In this document: in pieces, positions 25,275 through 32,000 of the stretch | Layout: every line of letters starts with the position of its first letter | Position numbering within the stretch: the stretch's first letter is position 1 | Assembly: GCF_000025505.1 (NCBI RefSeq) | Contig: NC_013849.1 | Coordinates: 630,001 to 662,000, forward strand | Source: Ferroglobus placidus DSM 10642 | GTDB lineage: Archaea; Halobacteriota; Archaeoglobi; Archaeoglobales; Archaeoglobaceae | Direction of reading: 5' to 3' | DNA length: 32,000 bases | Program-made: the position numbers and the translations under genes | Notes under the pieces: generated by a model | What the model saw: the letters and a program-made list of their open reading frames with translations, nothing else | Database searches by the model: none | What the model was told of the DNA's origin: nothing

Positions 25275-26879
25275 GTGAAGAGGTTAATAGAAGTAGAAGA
25301 AGCAAAAAAGCTCCTTGCTGCGATTAATATCTCTGCTGAAAAAAGGGAAGTTTTCGTTCTCGACGCGGTGAACAAATTTTCAGCCGAAAACGTTTTCGCT
25401 CCGGTAGATCTCCCACCTTTTGACAGATCCACGAGAGACGGCTACGCTGTTTTAAGCGAGGATGTTGTAAGTGCTTCGGAAACCAATCCGGTCAAGCTGA
25501 AAATAGTCGGGACTATAGAAGCTGGGGAATTCAAGAGCGTAAGAATCTCTTCCGGGGAGTGCGTGAAGATTGCAACCGGAGCGGTAATTCCGGAAAAGAG
25601 CGACGCTGTCGTTATGGTTGAGAATTGCGAGGAACATGGAGGTTACGTTTTCGTTAAAAAAGCTGTAGCACCCAGGGAAAACGTCATGCTTAAAGGCTCT
25701 GACGTAGCTGAGGGGGAGTTGGTTGTTAGGGAAGGTGAAAGGCTAACTCCGGAAAAGATAGGTCTTCTTTCGGGGTTGGGATTGAGGAAAGTTAAAATCT
25801 ACGATTTGAGAATAGCGGTATTCAGCACGGGAAACGAAATCGCTCTTCCTGGAGAAAGGTTGGATCGTGGAAAAATTTACGATGTGAACGGTTTTGCGAT
25901 AGTTTCTTCTCTTCGAAATCTCGGTTTTTCGGCGGAATTTCTCGGAATACTGAAAGACGATGTTAAAGAAATGAGGAGGAGACTTTTGGAAGCTTCGAAG
26001 AAGTACGGTGTTGTGGTAACCTCCGGAGCCACTTCTGCTGGAGAGAAAGATTTGCTAATCGAGGCTGTTAAAGAAATTGGCGAGATTGTTTTTCACGGCG
26101 TCAGAATAAAGCCGGGAAAGCCTTTTTTAGTTGCTAAAATTTCCGACTCAATCCTCTTCGGGCTTCCAGGGTTTCCAGTCTCAGCTTTAACGATATTACA
26201 CGAATTCGTCAAACCGGTTTTACTCAAATCGGTTAAAGCTCGAGAGAAAACTCAAATCGTTGAAGGAATTGTGGCAAAGAGAATATACTCCGAAGGGAGA
26301 AGGGAGCTTCTTCCGGTTGTGGTTGCAGGAGGAAGAATCTTCCCTCTTGAGAAAGGGTCGGGAGCTATCACATCTCTAACCAACGCCTCCGGTTATTTGG
26401 AGATAGCCGAAAACGAGGAGGTTATCGAGAGGGGAGAGAAAAGAGAAGTTAAGGTTTTCTCTAAAACCTACGATTTCGTCGTGGCTGGAGTTGATTTGCT
26501 GAAGCTGCTCGATCTGAACGCTTTCTACTTCACTTCCGATCAGAAACTTGCGAAGGTTGAGTTCGCTTTGGGAAATGTCGATGCGGTTTTAACTCTCGGA
26601 GAAAATTACGAAGTCGATGTTATTTTTGCTGGAAAGGACGGAAAAATTGGCAGCGTGAAAGGTTACGAGCTTAAAGCTGAGGTGGAGTTCAAAGATCACT
26701 TCCAGCTGTACCACGCTCTAAAAAATGGTAAAATAGACGGAGCTTTACTTCTAAAACCCTTCGCCGAGAAACTTGGAGTGGAAGGAGAAAAAGTAGGCTC
26801 TGTGAGACTCGACGTAATTTCGAGGAACGATGAACTTGAGAAGGAAATTCTAAGATTGCTGTCTTTTCAGAAAGATTAG
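25275..26879 (+). CDS. moeA: molybdopterin molybdenum/tungsten transferase MoeA with C-terminal extra domain
   Basis: It has a GTG start. MoeA signatures are PPFDRSTRDGYAV, the MoCF domain GVVVTSGATSAGEKD, and GVRIKPGKP. About 130 extra C-terminal residues follow the canonical MoeA end. Confidence 0.85.
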   Translation: MKRLIEVEEAKKLLAAINISAEKREVFVLDAVNKFSAENVFAPVDLPPFDRSTRDGYAVLSEDVVSASETNPVKLKIVGTIEAGEFKSVRISSGECVKIATGAVIPEKSDAVVMVENCEEHGGYVFVKKAVAPRENVMLKGSDVAEGELVVREGERLTPEKIGLLSGLGLRKVKIYDLRIAVFSTGNEIALPGERLDRGKIYDVNGFAIVSSLRNLGFSAEFLGILKDDVKEMRRRLLEASKKYGVVVTSGATSAGEKDLLIEAVKEIGEIVFHGVRIKPGKPFLVAKISDSILFGLPGFPVSALTILHEFVKPVLLKSVKAREKTQIVEGIVAKRIYSEGRRELLPVVVAGGRIFPLEKGSGAITSLTNASGYLEIAENEEVIERGEKREVKVFSKTYDFVVAGVDLLKLLDLNAFYFTSDQKLAKVEFALGNVDAVLTLGENYEVDVIFAGKDGKIGSVKGYELKAEVEFKDHFQLYHALKNGKIDGALLLKPFAEKLGVEGEKVGSVRLDVISRNDELEKEILRLLSFQKD

Positions 26880-28181
26880 CACCGCTACAAAAAATCCAAT
26901 CGAGGATAGGAGCAGATAAATATACTCTCTTTCGTCGAAACCTTTCTTGAAATCTCTGAGAAACTCTTCGGCGAGCTTATCTGCAAGTTTTTTATCCTCT
27001 ATTTTCAGGGCTATTTCTCTGTTCAGCTTTAATCCGTACTTGTTCAGATTGGCTGAGGTAATTAGCACCGAATCTTCGGAGATTAGATACTTTCCGTGAA
27101 TTTTCGGATTTTCAAGCTTTTCGACCTCTACTCCTTGATTTTCCAGGAACTCGAGATCTCCGTAGCTCACGAGAATTTTCACGTCCACTCCTCTCTTCGA
27201 AGCGTTCAAAATTTCGTCGAGCAGCGGAGTTCCGTTGAAGTACTCGAAATCAATGTTCGGAGCAACTAAGTATAGTCTCTTTTTCGCATTCCTTATGAAA
27301 TCGAATACGGGATTGTTCTCCGGCATTACGTACAAAGTAACTTTTCCGCTGAAATCGAAAGACTTTCCGTTTCCTCTCTCAACCTTAACGTAATTTTTGA
27401 AGCTTTTCGGCTTAGAGGAATACTTCAAATCGTTGTAAAACACGTCTTTCAACGTTTTCGAGATCTTTTTACTGCTAAATTCGACGACAACTCCTCTCTT
27501 GTCCCATTTCCAGTTTTCGGTAGTGATGACAACTTTGTCTCCAACCACGGCGAACTTCGCGTGGAAATTTTTGTAGATCTTAGATTTGAGGTAGTAAACT
27601 TCGTTATTTTCCTCGAGAATTTTCACGTTGAGAGGTATTCCACCAACTGGATTGGCATCTACTGCGAATGTAAAATCTCCTTCGAAGCTTTCCGCGTCGT
27701 AGATTGTGTAAGAATATACTACCCCTTCTCCCTTTAGCTTGTAATCGCACGGACAGAGAATTAGCTTTCCTGAAACCTCGTCCTCGACTGGTTTAAAAGA
27801 ACTCCAGCCTTCGTATCTGAAATCCCACTTCCCGTTCTCCTTGTAGTATACAACTCCCTCGTCGAGATACCGCCAAACCCAGTTGAAGTATTCGGTGGAG
27901 TTTTCTTCGATGAGTGCTATTAGCTCTCCGTTGTTGGATAGAGAAATGCCGTCGGCGTCGGGATAAAATCCGAATTTATCTTTGAAAGCTGTTGCGTTTT
28001 TGGCTAAGTAGTGAACTCCTCTCCCAAATTTTATCTCCTTCTCGAAGTCTGTAAAAATGCAGTTGCCGTGGCAGAAAATTTTAACGTACTCCTCTTCTTC
28101 TTTGAAGGGATTCGGGTAAACTTCGATTATCTCGGCTGAAGCAGGGTAGAGTAGAAGTAGTAAAAGAACGAAAATTCTCAT
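26850..28181 (-). CDS. secreted/membrane-anchored protein with lamin-tail-like (LTD) domain and two-HKD phospholipase D/nuclease-family domain
   Basis: It has a signal peptide [16 protein letters not shown]|E. An LTD-like pattern follows ([16 protein letters not shown]...[14 protein letters not shown]). The two HKD motifs are [19 protein letters not shown] and [21 protein letters not shown]-terminal hydrophobic anchor is [22 protein letters not shown]. Its ATG overlaps the mptA stop (ATGA). Confidence 0.75.
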   Translation of the reverse strand: MRIFVLLLLLLYPASAEIIEVYPNPFKEEEEYVKIFCHGNCIFTDFEKEIKFGRGVHYLAKNATAFKDKFGFYPDADGISLSNNGELIALIEENSTEYFNWVWRYLDEGVVYYKENGKWDFRYEGWSSFKPVEDEVSGKLILCPCDYKLKGEGVVYSYTIYDAESFEGDFTFAVDANPVGGIPLNVKILEENNEVYYLKSKIYKNFHAKFAVVGDKVVITTENWKWDKRGVVVEFSSKKISKTLKDVFYNDLKYSSKPKSFKNYVKVERGNGKSFDFSGKVTLYVMPENNPVFDFIRNAKKRLYLVAPNIDFEYFNGTPLLDEILNASKRGVDVKILVSYGDLEFLENQGVEVEKLENPKIHGKYLISEDSVLITSANLNKYGLKLNREIALKIEDKKLADKLAEEFLRDFKKGFDEREYIYLLLSSIGFFVAVLIFLKRQQS

Positions 28182-29095
28182 GCTCCAAGCTCTTTTCTGA
28201 GTTCGCCGATAGTGGCTCTTCTCTCAGCTATAACGTCATGCTGGTGAATGCTTTCTTCGTTAAGCTGTCTCAAATACACCTCCGCATCGTCCGGAGCATC
28301 TTTAAACGTTTCGACCAAAGCTTTTGCCATCTGCCTCACGCTGTCCTCGACGAACATGGGCTTGAAGTGGGCTTTTTCTACAACCTCGAGCTCGTCAGTT
28401 CTTTTCAAAATTTCGAAAACCTCGTAGCTCATGGAACTTTTAGCTATTCTAATGAGGTCTTCTATTCTCGGTCTGAACTCTCTTCTGGATTCCACCATGA
28501 TCAGAGCTCTACCCCTCTGATTGTGGGAAGCAAACGGAATAAGCTTCACGACTTCCGAAAGCTCCTCTTCGCTGAGTATTTTTTCCAGTTTTCTCACAGT
28601 ATTCGCTCTAACAAGCTCTTGAGCGCAAGGGCAAACTGTGATTCCGTAAACTTCCACACCTATCATCACTTTCTCTTCTCCGCTCCTCCTCTTTCTGGCG
28701 TTGCAGAATATGTTAACGACTTCCTGCGTTTTTATTTCCGACGCCGGCGTTCTTTTCCTCATTATGAGTTCAGCACTCATCCTCACCTCTGCCTCATCAG
28801 CATATTCGTGCCTTATAAGAAGCTCGTCGGTCATCCTCAAAACGAGGTCTTCGACGTTCTCCACCGGCTCCCAAGTCATTCTCTCTATGACTTCATCCAC
28901 AGCCTCAAAGTTCCTGCTCAAATTCACTCCTTTTCTGCTCGATGGCAAATTGACAAAAACGTCGAAGGTGGAGATTAGTATGATCGGTCTTTTCCCTTCC
29001 CTCTTAACCTGAACGAGCTTTTTTATCCCTCTCGCCCCAACCCTGCTCAATCCTATCGGTATCTCCGGCTCAAGCGTTTGTACATCTGGTAGCAT
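28178..29095 (-). CDS. mptA: GTP cyclohydrolase MptA (FolE2/GCH-IB family; first step of methanopterin biosynthesis)
   Basis: 305 aa. [28 protein letters not shown] and [10 protein letters not shown] are FolE2/MptA-type motifs. Confidence 0.85.
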   Translation of the reverse strand: MLPDVQTLEPEIPIGLSRVGARGIKKLVQVKREGKRPIILISTFDVFVNLPSSRKGVNLSRNFEAVDEVIERMTWEPVENVEDLVLRMTDELLIRHEYADEAEVRMSAELIMRKRTPASEIKTQEVVNIFCNARKRRSGEEKVMIGVEVYGITVCPCAQELVRANTVRKLEKILSEEELSEVVKLIPFASHNQRGRALIMVESRREFRPRIEDLIRIAKSSMSYEVFEILKRTDELEVVEKAHFKPMFVEDSVRQMAKALVETFKDAPDDAEVYLRQLNEESIHQHDVIAERRATIGELRKELGA

Positions 29096-29156
29096 CGAAT
29101 TGCACTCTTCAAGATTCTATTTAAGGTTACCGAATTCTTTCAATTGAAATAAAAAT

Positions 29157-31343
29157 TTAGGATAAGAAATCTTCGGGTTTCGGAATTTCGAGCTTCAGTC
29201 CTTTTCTCTTTCTGACTTCCATTATGAACTCTTCAACGAGGTTCGGCGGAACCGGCTCAAAGCCAGCAAATTCCGTGCTCCATATCGCCTTACCCGAAGT
29301 TGCGCTTCTTATCGCTCCGGCAAAGCCGAACATTTCCTTTACCGGAGCTTTAGCTACTATCGTCACCATGTCTCCTTCGGTGTTTATCTCGAGTATCTGC
29401 CCTCTCCTTCCCTGCAACTCTCTCGTCACGTTTCCGAGCATGTCCTGAGGAACGGTTATGAAGACCTTCTGGTAAGGTTCGAGCAACGTCGGCTTCGCTT
29501 GAAGCATCGCAGCGAATATAGCCGATCTCACAGCTGGAATAACCTGAGCCGGTCCTCTGTGAACGGCATCTTCGTGAAGCTTCGCATCAACAAGCTTAAC
29601 CTTCAACCCCATGCAGGGCTCTCTTGCCAAAGGTCCGGCTCTCATCGCATCCCTGAAACCTTCGAGAATGAGCTCCATGGTCTCGTTTAGGTACTGCAAA
29701 CCTTTCGTTACGTCTACGAATATGTTTCCTTCGAAATACTCCTGCACGCCGGCAGCCTCCTCTCCGCTTAATCCAGCCTCTGTCAGTATTTTCCTCTTCG
29801 TGCTCTTGTCCGTCTTCCTCAAATCGATAAGTCCCTCTTTGAAAACCCTTATTACTTCAGGCGGACATGGCTCCACGACGATGTAGAACCTGTTGTGCTT
29901 GTTCGGAGACTTTCCTTCTACGACCGGCGAAGTCGTCGTGACGGTCTCTCTGAAAACAACTATCGGTGGAGAAGTTACGACTTCAAGTCCGTACTCTCTC
30001 CTTATCTTTTCAACCTTAACCTCTAAGTGCAGCTCTCCCATTCCGCTTATTAAGTGCTCTCCGGTCTCTTCGTTCAGAGTTACTTGCAGCGTTGGGTCTT
30101 CCTTAGCAAGCTTCCTCAAAACTTCTATGAGCTTTGGCAAGTCTCTCGGGTTTTTAGCTTCAATAGCCATCGTCACAACCGGCTCGCTGAAGTGCTGTAT
30201 GGACTCGAAAGGCTCCATATCCTCAACTGATGTGCATGTCGATCCGGCAGCCGCATCTCTTAATCCAACAACCGCCACTATGTTTCCAGCCGGAACTTCC
30301 TCAACTTCCACTCTCTTCGGTCCCATGAACAGTCCTACCGTCTGCACTCTGTTTTTGGTCTTCCTGTCTATGATGTAGAGGTCCATTCCCGGCTTTAGCG
30401 TTCCGCTGAAAAGCCTTCCTACGGCTATCTCTCCAGCGTGAGGATCTGCGACGATCTTCGTTATCATTAAAGCTACCGGTCCTTTGGGATCGCAGTTGAG
30501 CATAGCCTGTCCAACCTTGCTGTTTATGTCTCCCTTCCATATCGTCCTTATTCTCTCCTTCTGAGCCTCTATCGGCGAAGGCAAGTGCTTTACGACCATG
30601 TCAAGAACGACAACGTGAAGCGGGCTCTTCTTCGCCAAAGTCTTCCAGTCGTCGCTCTGCAAGTATTCGTAAACTTCCTTGAATCCTACTCCCGTTTCCT
30701 TCATCGACGGAACGCTCACTGCCCAGTTGTAGAGAGCTGAGCCGAAAGCCACGCTTCCGTTAGTAACGTCAAGCTTCCACTCGTTGTACTTCTCCGGCTT
30801 CATCACTTTAATGAGCTTGTTTACCTCGGTGATAACCTTCAACAACCTCTTCTGCATTTCCTCAGGAGTAACTTCCAACTCCCTTATGAGTCTGTCAACC
30901 TTGTTTATGAACAGAACGGGCTTTACGTTTTCTCTCAAAGCTTGTCTGAGCACAGTTTCTGTCTGAGGCATCACACCTTCTACTGCATCAACAACCACGA
31001 TGACCCCATCGACAGCTCTCATCGCTCTCGTTACTTCTCCTCCGAAGTCGACGTGTCCTGGAGTGTCTATGAGGTTGATCAGGTATTCTTTCCCCTTGTA
31101 TTCGTGAACCATAGAAACGCTTGCAGCGTTTATTGTAATTCCTCTCTCCCTTTCCTGCTCGTCGAAGTCAAGATAAAGCTGCCTTCCAGCCAGCTCTTCG
31201 CTGATCATTCCAGCTCCGGCTAAGAGGTTATCTGAAAGCGTTGTTTTTCCGTGATCGATGTGAGCGACTATTCCCATGTTTCTGATTCTCTCCGGTTTGT
31301 ACATGAGTTCCTTGATCTTGTCAATCATTTTCTTCGCTCTCAT
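29157..31343 (-). CDS. fusA: translation elongation factor 2 (aEF-2)
   Basis: It has the G-domain motifs [17 protein letters not shown] and NKVDR, and the diphthamide-region segment [11 protein letters not shown]. It is 728 aa. Confidence 0.97.
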   Translation of the reverse strand: MRAKKMIDKIKELMYKPERIRNMGIVAHIDHGKTTLSDNLLAGAGMISEELAGRQLYLDFDEQERERGITINAASVSMVHEYKGKEYLINLIDTPGHVDFGGEVTRAMRAVDGVIVVVDAVEGVMPQTETVLRQALRENVKPVLFINKVDRLIRELEVTPEEMQKRLLKVITEVNKLIKVMKPEKYNEWKLDVTNGSVAFGSALYNWAVSVPSMKETGVGFKEVYEYLQSDDWKTLAKKSPLHVVVLDMVVKHLPSPIEAQKERIRTIWKGDINSKVGQAMLNCDPKGPVALMITKIVADPHAGEIAVGRLFSGTLKPGMDLYIIDRKTKNRVQTVGLFMGPKRVEVEEVPAGNIVAVVGLRDAAAGSTCTSVEDMEPFESIQHFSEPVVTMAIEAKNPRDLPKLIEVLRKLAKEDPTLQVTLNEETGEHLISGMGELHLEVKVEKIRREYGLEVVTSPPIVVFRETVTTTSPVVEGKSPNKHNRFYIVVEPCPPEVIRVFKEGLIDLRKTDKSTKRKILTEAGLSGEEAAGVQEYFEGNIFVDVTKGLQYLNETMELILEGFRDAMRAGPLAREPCMGLKVKLVDAKLHEDAVHRGPAQVIPAVRSAIFAAMLQAKPTLLEPYQKVFITVPQDMLGNVTRELQGRRGQILEINTEGDMVTIVAKAPVKEMFGFAGAIRSATSGKAIWSTEFAGFEPVPPNLVEEFIMEVRKRKGLKLEIPKPEDFLS

Positions 31344-31348
31344 TTACA

Positions 31349-31933
31349 TCACCTCGCTGATTTGGCGACTCTCTCGACTTCCTCTTTCTTGGCTATAGCG
31401 TAGCTTCTGCTCTCGTTGTTTGCAGCAGCAATTATTTCATCAGCTAAAGCCTGAGCGATGCTTTTCTTGGATTTGAAGGCTGCGAGTCTTGCACCTTCCG
31501 CGATGTTCCTCAAAGCGACATCGAGCCTTCTCAAGCTTGAAGTGTCTACAGCCTTGGGAACGGCAATACCTCCGTACTTTAGCCTAACAACCTCTTCTCT
31601 CGGACCAGCGTTAACGAGAGCGTCAACCAGCACTTGAAGAGGATTCTTCTTCGTCCTCTTTTCTATTATTTCGAAAGCTTCCTTCACGATGTTGTAAGCA
31701 AGTATCTTCTTTCCGGTGTTTCTCCCCTTTCTCATTACCTTGTTTATCAGCCTCTCAACTATGAACACCTTCTGCTTTCCGAAGGGCTCTTTAGCGTGCC
31801 TTCCGTGGGTGTGGGGAACAACTCTCGGCTCTAAGCAGATGTAGTTCTTCAGAGCCGGGTCTTTAACCTCCACTTCAAAAGGATCGTACTTTCCGAATAC
31901 CAAAAGCTCTTCTTTGGTTAGCCCGTACTTCAT
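31349..31933 (-). CDS. rps7: 30S ribosomal protein S7 (uS7)
   Basis: 194 aa with an archaeal S7 pattern (...GRHAKEPFGKQKVFIVERLINKVMR...). It sits between S12 and EF-2, as in str operons. Confidence 0.95.
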   Translation of the reverse strand: MKYGLTKEELLVFGKYDPFEVEVKDPALKNYICLEPRVVPHTHGRHAKEPFGKQKVFIVERLINKVMRKGRNTGKKILAYNIVKEAFEIIEKRTKKNPLQVLVDALVNAGPREEVVRLKYGGIAVPKAVDTSSLRRLDVALRNIAEGARLAAFKSKKSIAQALADEIIAAANNESRSYAIAKKEEVERVAKSAR

Positions 31934-31937
31934 TAGA

Positions 31938-32000
31938 TCACCTCAGAGGCTTCTCCTTCTTACCCTTCCAGAGCTCCTTAAGGCTCGTTCTGTTCACCTT
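31938..32000 (-). CDS. rps12: 30S ribosomal protein S12 (uS12), C-terminal fragment (5' end outside window)
   Basis: The reverse strand reads KVNRTSLKELWKGKKEKPLR* with its stop at 31938-31940. This is a typical archaeal S12 tail, located upstream of S7. Confidence 0.8.
   Translation of the reverse strand, partial: KVNRTSLKELWKGKKEKPLR

Noticed and set aside
28238-28978. 246-aa plus-strand ORF inside mptA
   Set aside because: It is antisense to a gene with clear FolE2/MptA motifs and has no independent support.

Overview
This is a gene-dense archaeal chromosomal window with about 37 protein genes and very short spacers. I found no rRNA, tRNA or CRISPR array by eye. The gene content and the E/K/I/V-rich proteins suggest a thermophilic, tetrahydromethanopterin-using euryarchaeon, most like Archaeoglobales. 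That placement is inference and was not checked against any database. Gene order: nadE 3' end, then cupin PGI (-). Next comes a 758-bp IS1-family element with an 8-bp target duplication. A long + strand block follows: a hybrid Fe-S ferredoxin, FwdB-like, FwdD, then a complete contiguous acetyl-CoA decarbonylase/synthase operon (cdhA-cdhB-cdhC-cooC-cdhD-cdhE), then thrC. After that come taw3, azlDC, a HEPN/minimal-nucleotidyltransferase pair, mer, pyk, and copA with a divergent Lrp-TRASH regulator. Then two tandem family III CoA-transferases, a P-loop-less RecA/KaiC-like protein, S8e, a small membrane protein and an extended MoeA. The window ends with a minus-strand string S12-S7-aEF2-mptA-(LTD+PLD secreted protein). 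Most of this is housekeeping or C1 metabolism. The observations most worth follow-up are: (1) the FwdBD-only module with a Cys-Leu putative active site and a ferredoxin that shares CdhE's N-terminal Fe-S domain, sitting directly upstream of the ACDS operon; (2) an unannotated 29-codon ORF between cdhC and cooC that repeats the terminal motif of the CdhC tail; (3) the IS1 copy, whose two transposase frames are +1 apart across an A7 run; (4) the signal-peptide LTD-PLD protein translationally coupled to mptA; (5) the P-loop-less KaiC-like protein next to a heteromer-like CoA-transferase pair. All coordinates and motifs were read by hand. Homology calls rest on motif recognition, not searches.
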